Shown: one piece after another, positions 17,549 through 27,000 of the stretch
Position numbering within the stretch: position 1 is the first letter of the stretch
Layout of the letters: every line of letters begins with the position of its first letter
Assembly (NCBI GenBank): GCA_033763455.1
Contig: JANRKO010000006.1
Span: 288,001-352,000 of the forward strand
Direction: 5' to 3'
From: Polyangiaceae bacterium
GTDB taxonomy: Bacteria; Myxococcota_A; Polyangia; Polyangiales; Polyangiaceae
DNA: 64,000 nt
Position numbers and translations under genes: made by a program
Notes under the pieces: model-generated
Seen by the model: only the letters and a program-made list of their open reading frames with translations
Told to the model about the DNA's origin: nothing
Databases searched by the model: none

Positions 17549-19561
17549 ATGGCAAAAGCAATCATGACGTTCGCGCTTTACCAAGGTGATGCGCTGATCC
17601 ACCGCGAAACGGTCACTCAGGACATTGTTAAGGTTGGCAATGATCCGAAGAGCCACCTTCGAGTAGACGATCCACAAGCCTCGCGCATGCATGCCGTGAT
17701 TGAGGTGGCGGGTCCGGAAGATATCACGTTGATCGATCTCGGAAATGAGCCCGGCACGATGGTGAACGGCGCCCGAGTCAACAAGTGCAAGCTTCACGTG
17801 GGTGATCAGATCCAAGTTGGGTCGACGCTGATAGTGTTGGAGAGTGCAGAGGCCGCGGCGGCTGTGGCGAATCCGTTTGCTCCGGCTCCAAGCTCGCCGC
17901 ACGCAGGGGCTAATCCGTTCGGTGTTCCAGCAGCTGCACCTTCCAATCCGTTTGCGTCGGCTTCGGCTAGCAGCCCGTTCGCGGCAGCATCAAATCCCTT
18001 CCACGCGCCTCCTGCGGCCTTTGGGGCCGGGCAATATGCGAGCTCAGCGGTCCCCGATGATGCGCCGCCCGGGACTTACACTTACACGCTTCTGAAGAGC
18101 GGTCCCGACGTAAGTCCGGATGAAGTTGAGTTGGTGCACGTCCAGGCCGTAGAAGTGATGATTCTGTGGGGGACCAACGTGTTGCAGGTGGCACACTTGG
18201 TTCCTCCCCGTAGCTATTACGTGGGCGAGGAGCAGGGAAAAAATTTCGCCTGTGACTTCTTCATCCCTAGCGAACAAATCGGGACGACTCGGTTGCCGTT
18301 GGTTATCGGCGACCGCACCTCGCTCAGCCTAGTGATTCCGCCTGGGGCTAAAGGCTACGTGGAGATCCTCGGGCAGCCGCGGATGACGCTGGACGAAGCC
18401 CGGGGCAGGGCTCAGCCAAGCGCTGAAGTCAGTGGAGGCCATCAAATGGCTTTCCCCGGCGGAGCAAAGGCGAAGATCGAGCTCGGCGGCTTTGTGTTTC
18501 AGATTGGTGCCGTAAATGCCGGCAAGCCATTGAAGCACGGCGTCGGAGCGGTTTGGGACTGGACGATGGCTCTGTTTTTCGGCCTTTCGTTCTTATCCGT
18601 GGCTGGGTTTGTCACGGCAATGGCGTTTTTCGTTCCACCGTGGGGTCTCACGGACGACGAGGACATCGATCGCGATCAGCTGTATCTTATGCAGCAGTAT
18701 CTCGACAGCGCGGCGGAGCGTGAACAGCAGGAAAAAGAGGCTGAAGTTGTCGAGGAAAACGCTGACAACAAGGAAGGCGGCACCGGCACGCGGGCCAAGG
18801 GCGAGGAGGGCTCGATGGGTAACCCGACCACCAAGGCAGTCAACAAGCGCTATGCCGTTCAGGGGCCGAAGGACAACCCGGATCCGCATTTAGCCCGTCA
18901 GGCAGCACTCCGGGAAGCAACGGAGTTCGGGATGATCGGGCTACTTAACACAGGTGCTGCTGGCGATCCGAACGCGCCGACAGCTCCTTGGGGTCGAGAA
19001 ACATCGCTCGGCATGGATGACGTAAGTGCCCGCGGCAACATGTGGGGCGACGAGATTGGCGACGCCTTTGGCGCTGGTGGGCTAGGGCTGTCGGGCATCG
19101 GCGAAGGTGGCGGCGGTCGTGGCGAAGGCATCGGCCTCGGGAACATTGGAACGCTCGGCCACGGCGCCGGAACCGGTAATGGTCAGGGCTTCGGTAGCGG
19201 GCACGGCCGGCTTGGCGGCTCGCACAAGACCGCCGCACCAAAGATGAGGATGGGAGCAACCACTGTGAGTGGGCGCCTTCCTCCAGAGGTGATTCAGCGC
19301 ATTGTTCGGCAGAATTATGGCCGCTTCCGTATGTGCTTTGAGCAAGGCTTGGTTCGAAATCCGAATCTAGAAGGTCGCGTGTCTGTTCGCTTCGTTATCG
19401 GTCGTGACGGCGCGGTTTCCAACGTCGCCAACGGCGGGTCGGACTTGCCGGACAGCCAGGTGATCAGCTGCATAGTGTCAGCCTATTATGGGCTGAGCTT
19501 CCCTCAACCAGAGGGTGGCATTGTGACGGTCGTGTATCCGATTATGTTCAGCCCGGGCTGA
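17549..19561 (+). CDS. gltG: Adventurous gliding motility protein GltG (PglI): FHA, TM, Gly-rich linker and TonB-C-like AgmX/PglI C-terminal domain
   Basis: N-terminal FHA-like domain (SRMHAVI...GTMVNG), one TM, a Gly-rich periplasmic linker, and C-terminal LPPEVIQRIVRQN...CFEQGL..NPNLEGRV.V.F.IG..G.V...FPQPEGGIVTVVYP. Confidence 0.9.
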   Translation: MAKAIMTFALYQGDALIHRETVTQDIVKVGNDPKSHLRVDDPQASRMHAVIEVAGPEDITLIDLGNEPGTMVNGARVNKCKLHVGDQIQVGSTLIVLESAEAAAAVANPFAPAPSSPHAGANPFGVPAAAPSNPFASASASSPFAAASNPFHAPPAAFGAGQYASSAVPDDAPPGTYTYTLLKSGPDVSPDEVELVHVQAVEVMILWGTNVLQVAHLVPPRSYYVGEEQGKNFACDFFIPSEQIGTTRLPLVIGDRTSLSLVIPPGAKGYVEILGQPRMTLDEARGRAQPSAEVSGGHQMAFPGGAKAKIELGGFVFQIGAVNAGKPLKHGVGAVWDWTMALFFGLSFLSVAGFVTAMAFFVPPWGLTDDEDIDRDQLYLMQQYLDSAAEREQQEKEAEVVEENADNKEGGTGTRAKGEEGSMGNPTTKAVNKRYAVQGPKDNPDPHLARQAALREATEFGMIGLLNTGAAGDPNAPTAPWGRETSLGMDDVSARGNMWGDEIGDAFGAGGLGLSGIGEGGGGRGEGIGLGNIGTLGHGAGTGNGQGFGSGHGRLGGSHKTAAPKMRMGATTVSGRLPPEVIQRIVRQNYGRFRMCFEQGLVRNPNLEGRVSVRFVIGRDGAVSNVANGGSDLPDSQVISCIVSAYYGLSFPQPEGGIVTVVYPIMFSPG

Positions 19562-19610
19562 ACCAGCCTGCGTCGCTCAGACAAGACGTGGGTCTCGCAC
19601 CTACACAGTT

Positions 19611-19643
19611 GGCGGCCAGTGTGAACTGGCCGCCGCGCGTTTT
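19611..19643 (+). terminator. Intrinsic terminator-like hairpin after gltG
   Basis: Perfect 10-bp stem GGCGGCCAGT-GTGA-ACTGGCCGCC followed by GCGCGTTTTGT. Confidence 0.6.
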
Positions 19644-19775
19644 GTGGTTCGTGTTTGTTCGTGCGCTGATCAGAGTCTGAGGGCGCCGCTGGGGACGCCG
19701 CTAGGCACCAGGAGGCGGCCGAAAGTGCGGGGCAATTGCGACTAAATTTGCGTGGGTGCATCGCCGTCTTGCGGC

Positions 19776-19805
19776 TTTACTTCGTGGTGACCTCGCGCCT
19801 ATGCT
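19776..19805 (+). promoter_or_regulatory. Sigma70-type promoter for the TPR lipoprotein (and possibly gltI)
   Basis: TTTACT-N18-TATGCT. The predicted start site (about 19811) coincides with the 5' end of a structured leader. Confidence 0.45.
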
Positions 19806-19940
19806 GAGCCGTCCGATTGGAGTCACGTTCAACACACTGCTCGTTTGTTGCGAGCGCATGGTGAGCTAATCCGATCAGGGCGTGTTAACCCCGGCTGACT
19901 TTTGGACTCTGGTCTGAATCGCGAAGAGAGGAATCTGGCA

Positions 19941-20855
19941 ATGAATCTGTGGCGATATGGCAGTAAATTGGCGTCGGTAGCAGGCCTGTGCCTTTTGGCG
20001 ACGGCGTGCAGTCGCGATCGCATCGAAGCCATTGATCTCGCGAACGAGGGGGACCAGGCGGTTAAGGTGAACGTCGAGGGTGCCATTCAGAAGTACGAAC
20101 AAGCCATCCAGTTGGATCCCCAGAATCACCATATTCTTTGGAAGCTTGCGGTTGCGTACGAGAAGAAGGAAAGCTGGGACAAGATGGCGTCCACGCTCGC
20201 GAACGCGGGCCAGATCGCCCCCAGCTACGCCAAATACTGGTTCCGTCGCGGTTACGCCCTGATCAAGGAGGCGGAATCCGGGAGCCCGGATTCCTATGAG
20301 GCCGCCAAAGAGCCTCTGAAGAAGTGTATTGAAAAGGATCCGAACATTGCGGAGTGCTACTTCTTCCTAGCAGAAGCGAACCTTTGGACGAATGACGAGC
20401 AAGAGGCGCTGGCTAGTTACTCTAAGGCGATTGAGCACAACCCTACCGAGGCATACTTCTACCCACCCCTCGCCGAGCTCTACATTACCCACCGGCTTCA
20501 CCGCGAGGCGAAGGAAGTTCTCCTTGAAGGAACCAAGTTGGTGCCGCTGACCGAGAAGAGCAAAGCAAACATGTACAGCATGTACACGCTGCTCGCGACG
20601 GTCGCTCAGCTGGACAAGGACACTGACGCACAGGTCGCAGCTCTAGAGAAGGCGCAGCAGATCGACGGCGATAACCACCCCGAGATCGCTTTCAACTTGG
20701 GCAGTAGTTACGCGGTCAGAAAGCCCCCGCAGAAGGAGAAGGCCGTGCGCCTGCTCAATTCGTTCACTAAGCGCGCCTGCCGCGGCGAAAGTGCACAAAA
20801 GTTCAAGGAACAGTGCGAATCGGCAAATGCGCTTATCCAGAAGTTGGGGACCTGA
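19941..20855 (+). CDS. TPR-repeat lipoprotein inside the glt cluster
   Basis: ATG 19941 after GAGGA; lipobox LATA-C; multiple TPRs (AIQKYEQAIQLDPQN, ALASYSKAIEHNP); C-terminal Cys pair. Confidence 0.8.
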   Translation: MNLWRYGSKLASVAGLCLLATACSRDRIEAIDLANEGDQAVKVNVEGAIQKYEQAIQLDPQNHHILWKLAVAYEKKESWDKMASTLANAGQIAPSYAKYWFRRGYALIKEAESGSPDSYEAAKEPLKKCIEKDPNIAECYFFLAEANLWTNDEQEALASYSKAIEHNPTEAYFYPPLAELYITHRLHREAKEVLLEGTKLVPLTEKSKANMYSMYTLLATVAQLDKDTDAQVAALEKAQQIDGDNHPEIAFNLGSSYAVRKPPQKEKAVRLLNSFTKRACRGESAQKFKEQCESANALIQKLGT

Positions 20856-21013
20856 AACTTGAGGCCTGGGCCGCAACCGATTGATGGTTGGTTCTTGAGA
20901 TCTATTCCATGTCCTGTTCTGGCACGTTCTGCTGGAGCAGGTCGCAAATCTTTCCTTTTTTCCCCGAGCACGATTGTGTTGCTCGGTACGCCATTTCGAG
21001 CGCTTGAGGGAGC

Positions 21014-24000
21014 ATGAACCTAGAGCAGCGATTGAACGAACTTGAATCTCACAACGATTGGCAGGGGTTGGTTGATGCGTTGGAAGGAGCGCTGGCCGCC
21101 TCAACTCAGGCGGAGGAGCAAGCCGCACTCCACCTGCGGCTAGGCCATGTGCTGCACGCTCGCTTTTTGCACGGCGTGCGAGCTCTGAAGCATTTCCAAG
21201 ATGCCTTTAAGTTAAATCCCACGCTTCTTGAGGCGTTGGCTGCAGCGCGGGGCATTTATTGGGAGCTTGGCAAGCTGAACATGGTTCAGAAGCTGCTTGA
21301 GCTTCAGCTGAAGAGCACATCGGATGCTAAAGCTGCGAGTGCTCTGCAGCGAGAGCTTGGTAATGTGTTTGCCGATGAGGGCGCCTACGAACGAGCCGCG
21401 GAAACATATGCCAAGGCTCTCGCCGGGGCTGCCGGGAACGCCGGTGAGATCGGTGCGCTCTTGGAGGACGTTCAGCTCGGAGCCGATCAGTGGCAGGAGC
21501 GAATCGCAACGCTGCTCCGAACGGCCCACGGCGAAGCTAACGCGGCGACGCGTGCGATGTATTTTGTACGTGCATCCCGCATAGCTCAGCGTTTCGCGCC
21601 CTCGGAGCGTGAGGCGATGCTCGCGCAGGCGTACGCTGCGGACCCGACTAATGTAGTCGTTAGTACGCTTTACGAGGGGTTGTTGTCGGACACGGAGCGG
21701 GCGGAGAGCATTCTCGCGGCACAGCGTGAGATCCTGGGCAAGCTGGAGAATAAAGCCGCACGTGGCGAGGCCGCGTTTGTGTTTGCGACGCGCTGGGCGC
21801 TGCGTCATCAGAATCCGGAGGTTGCCTCCGAGTTGTTCGAGGATTCGCTTCGGCTGGATCCAAGCAAAGAAGCTGCGTTTGCTTATCTGCGGGAGAATTA
21901 TGGGGCACGCGGTGGCGATTGGGCTCGTGTGATTCGCCTTGCGGATGAACTCGGGGATCGCTCAACGGAAGGGCGCCGTGTGGCATACTTGCTGGCTGAG
22001 GGCGGAACGCTGGCGTGGCGTCAACTGGGCGACTTGATCAAGGCACGCGGATTTTTTGAGCGGCTGGCGAAGCTTGATCCAAGCCACCCCTCGCTCTTGG
22101 CCTTTGAGGCGCAAATTGGGGAGAAGTTGGCTGGTGCCGCGCTTGCGGGCAAGCCTCCAACTGAGGTTTCCGCGACGGTTGCGGAATCAAGCGGCGCGGG
22201 GACAGCAAAGGGTGAACCCAGCTCCAATGATGTTGGCTCCTCCGCCGACGTTAGATCTAGCGAAGGTGCTCCTGCGCCTGAAGCAGGAGTTCAGGTGGCT
22301 GCAGAACCGCCACCAGCCACAGAGCCTAAAGCGGCTGCAGTCCCCGCGGCGGCACGCGCGCCAGAGGTGAGCGAGGCTCAGATCAGCAAGCTTCGCTCTC
22401 AGCTTGCAGCGCAGGAAGAAGCGAAGCGTTACAACGAGTACGTAAAGACGTTGGTCGCTTTGGGTGATGCCATTAGCGACCCCACTGAGCGCGTAGAACT
22501 CTACACGAAGGCCGCGGACCTCTACGTGAACAAGTTCGTGAATCAGGCCGAAGCCGTGAAGGCCTACGAAAAGGTTTTCGAGCTCGAACCAAGTAATGCG
22601 CTTGCGGTCAGTTATTTGCGCGAGATGTACGAGAAGCGCCGAGACTGGGAAAAGCTCATCTCGCTAAGGCAGCGAGAGGCTGAGGGCCTCAGCAATGCTC
22701 ACGACCGTGCGGTGGCGTACAAAGAGATCGCACTTTTGGCCACCGAACGCCTGAAGAAGCCCGAAGTGTGCGTTGGGCTCTGGGCTATCGTCCTCGAGAA
22801 TGATGCCGATGATATTGAGGCACTCAATTCCTTGGCACAGCTGTACGAACGCTCGCGGGAGTACGAGAAGATTGCGGACGTTCTGGAGCGCCTAGCTGAG
22901 CTCACCCACGACACCACCGAGAAGGTGGAGATCTTGAACAAATTGGGTCAGGTCGCAGGTGATAGGCTCAAGGACGATGCTCGCGCCGTCGAAGCGTACC
23001 GTACGCTCTTGATTTTGCAGCCTGATGATCGCAAGGCTCAAGAGCAGCTAAAGAAGCGCTACGTAACGCTGGGCCGTTGGGACGACCTCGAGGTGTTCTA
23101 CTCGGAGAGTGGCAAGTGGGACGAGTTCATTCGGGTTCTTGAGACGAACGAGAGTCGAGCCGAAACTCCCGAACAGCGCATCGGCATGTTGATGAAGGTC
23201 GCTGAGCTGTGGATGACGCAGAAAGGCAAACCCGATAGGGCAGCCCGCGCGTACGAAAAAGTTCTCAGTTTGGACGCCAACAACCTTGATGCGGCTGAGC
23301 GGCTAATGCCGCTGTATATGAGTGCCAACAATCCCAAGGGGTTGGCATCTGCCATCGAGGTGCGGTTGGGGCACGTCTCTGAGCCAGAGGATAGGCTTGC
23401 CTTGTTGCGGGAGGTTGCCGCGTTATACGAAGGCAGAATCAACGATAAAGATAGTGCGTTTGAGCGCTATCTTGCGGCTTTCCAGATTGCACAGACCGAC
23501 GAACAGAGTCAGGCCGATCTGGAGCGCATCGCCAAGAGCACTGGTCGTTGGGCGGATGTTATTACTGCGTATCGGTCGGCTGTGTCAGACGCGGATTCGA
23601 GCGGGGACCGTGACGCTGCGACGGCACTCCGTCTCCGGCTCGGACGTGTACTGGTCGAAGAGGTGCAAAAGGTCGAGGAAGCGCTCGTCGAGTACCGCGC
23701 GGTTTATGAGTCCGAGCCAACCAACGAAAGCGCGTTGGGGGCTTTGGAGAAGCTTTACCGGCAGACGGAGCGTTGGCGCGATCTTTTGGAAGTCTATACC
23801 CAGAAGCAGCAGCTCGCCGACGATCCCGATCAGCGCAAGCGCATCCTATTTGGTATTGCCGCTCTGCACGAGAACGAGTTAGGCGCTGCAGCTTCGGCGA
23901 TCGAGACCTACCAGAGTGTGCTTGAGGATGATCCGACCGATATTACGGCGCTTGGCGCCCTAGATCGGTTGTATCAGCTCACCGAACAGTGGGACGCCTA

Positions 24001-27000
24001 CGCAGATGTGCTGCGCCGTCGGATCGAATTGGATTCAAGCGCTGAGGAGTTGGTCGATCTAAAGTTCCGCTTGGCTAAGACGCTGGGGAGTCATCTCCGA
24101 GACGATGCCGGTGCGCTCGAAAATTATAGAGAAATCCTGTTTCTCAATCCTGACCATGAAGGGTCGCGTCTGGCGCTCGAAGGCCTGCTCAAGCACAAGA
24201 CGTTGCGAGCGGAAGCCGCGAGCATTCTCGAGAACATCTACGAGGCGCAGGAATCTTGGGAGAACCTCATCGGCGCGCTGGAGATCTTGGCTGAAACCAC
24301 GGACGAAGTGCCACGGCGGGTGCAGCTCCTTCGCAAGATCAGTGCCACGGCTGCCGGGCAGTTGGGGAACGTAGAGCGCGCGCTCAAGGCCCAAGCTCGA
24401 GCCCTCAAGGAAGATCCTTCTCTTGCAGAGTCGCGCTTGGAGTTGGAGCAGCTGGCTGAGCAGGCAAACGCGTATGATCCGCTGATTCAGATCTACAGCT
24501 CGATTGCCGCTGACCTCGTGGACCCAGATTTGGCTCGTGAGTATTGGATTCGGCTTGCCGCGATCCAAGAACGGCTAGGGCGAGTGGATGCCGCTGCGGC
24601 GAGCTATGAGAAGGTTCTGAGCATCGATCCTAGTGACGCTGAGGCGCTGCAGTCGATGGAAGCGCTGTACCGTGGCACTGGCCACTGGGATGAACTCATT
24701 GGGGTGTTTCGGCGTCGCATCGAGCTTGCGGATGGGTCGGAACGAGAAGCCCTCTATGCGCAGATGGCACAAGTCTACGAGGAGAAGCTCGCGAAGCCAC
24801 AAGAAGCGATTCTCGCATACCGTGAGGTGCTGTCGCTAGACCCAACCAGTCAAGTGGCGTTGACTGCGTTGGATGGCCTTCTCACCCGCAGGGAGGCGTG
24901 GGTTGAATTAGCCGAGAATCTGGAAACGCAACTTAGCTTGGCTGACACGGAATCAGCTCAGCTTTCCCTCATGCTGCGTCTCGCCGCTCTGCGCGAAACA
25001 AAGATGAATGAGGTGGAGGCTGCCATCGAAGGTTACCGGCAGGTTTTGGATCGCGATTCGGTCAATCGCCAGGCTCTGGAGGCTTTGGAACGCCTTGGAC
25101 AGAACGAGGCGCATTCGTTGCTTATTGCAGAGATCCTTGAGCCACTTTACCGTGGCCAGGGGGATTTTCAGAAGCTGGTTCAGGTGCATGAGGTTCAGGT
25201 TGGGCGCACCGAGGACGTCAGCCGTAAGGTGGAGCTGCTGCATCAAATAGCAGCGTTGCAGGAGGATGCCGGCAACGATGTGAGTGCGGCGTTTGATACG
25301 TACGCTCGGGCGCTCGCCGTTGACCCTTCGCATGCGGGGACGCAAGAGGCGTTGGATCGGCTAGCGAGAGTCAGTTCACGCTTTCAGGATTTGGCTGCAG
25401 TTTTTGAACGCTTGGCCTCGGCACAGAAGGAGCCGGAGCTTGGAAGTCAGCTGTTCACCTTCGCGGCGCGGGTTTACGAGGCCGACGTAGGTGACGTTGA
25501 GCGAGCTATCGAGCTTTACCGCAAGGTCCTTGAGATCGATCCGACGAGCCTGCACGCAGCCGAGGCGCTGCAGATGCTCTTTCAGTCCACGCAACGCTAC
25601 GCGGACATGTCACTGATTCTGCAGCGTAAGGCCGATATTCTTGACGATGTGAGTGATCAGAAGAGTGCGCTTTATCAGGCGGCTTCGATCGAAGAACAAG
25701 TGCTTGAGCGGCCGCAGAGCGCCATCGGGGTTTACCTCAAGATATTGGAAATAGACGGTGAAGATAGCCGAAGCATTGATGCCCTCATCAAACTCTATCT
25801 AGGCCTTTCGCGCTGGGAAGAGCTTCTGAGTGTGTACTCGAAGAAGGCGGATTTGCTTGAGGATGCTGAAGAGAAGAAGCTGATTCTCTACCAAGTGGGC
25901 GCCGTTTATGAGCGCGAGCTGCGCGACGTAAGCCGTGCCATCGACACCTACCAGCGCGTCCTGGAGTTGGATCCAGACGACGTTTCAGCTCTTGGCCGCC
26001 TAGATGTACTCTACCAATCAGCCGAAAACTGGCAGGAGCTCCTCAGCGTGCTGACACACGAAGCTGAGCTTACCAGCGACCCGAACGAAGCTGTGAGCTT
26101 CCAGTATCGTATTGCGGAGCTCTACGAAAAGCACCTGGCGGACGTAGAGCGAGCCGTCGAACTTTATCGAGAAATTCTGAATATTCAGCCGGATCACGAT
26201 CCGACGGTGGCGGCTCTTGAAGCCATCAAGAATGGCAAGCAAGCGCCGCTTGCGGCCGCTTCAGTTCTAGAGCCCGTCTACGAGGCGATGGGGCATTGGG
26301 AGGGTCTGATCAGCGTGCTTGAGGTGCAGCAGAACGCCCAGCAGGACGCTTTTGCCCAAGTTGACCTATTGCACCGGATTGCCCGTTTGTTCGAGGAGAA
26401 CCTACGCAACCTGGAGCGAGCCTTCGACACCTACTCGCGGGCCGTTTCGGTCGACTCGCAGAACGAAGATACACTGGCTGCTCTTGAGCGGCTGGCAACG
26501 ATGACGGGGCAGTGGCCACGCGTGGCCCAGATCTACGACGCCGAGCTTAGGAAGCTGGAAAGTGAACCGGCGCGCTTTATCGAGCTTGGCCTAAGAGTGG
26601 CTCAGGTTTACGAAGTGCAGCTTGAGCAGACGGAAAATGCGATACAGCGCTACCGTCAGGTTTTGGAGTTGGAGCCAGAGAACCAGAGTGCCGTGCGCGC
26701 CCTCGATAGACTCTTTACCCAAACAGAGCGCTGGCAGGAGCTGAGCGAGATCTTGGCTCGCGAGGCTGAGATCGGTCAGAGCCCGGACGAGATACTCGAG
26801 TTCAAGTATAGGCTCGGGCAGACTCTGCAGTTGCGGCTGGGGGATTTGGATCGAGCGATTCAGTCCTACCAGGAGGTGCTGAGTGCGGCGCCGGAGCACG
26901 CGCCAACTCTCGGCGCCCTTGAGGCCCTGTTTGAGTCGGGTGTTAAGCAGCTGGAAGTGGGGGCGATCCTTGAGCCCCTCTACCAGGCAGCAAACGAGTG

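Noticed and set aside
20920..20936. TGGCACG as a sigma54 -24 element upstream of gltI
   Set aside because: No GC at the required -12 spacing, and it is part of a hairpin arm.
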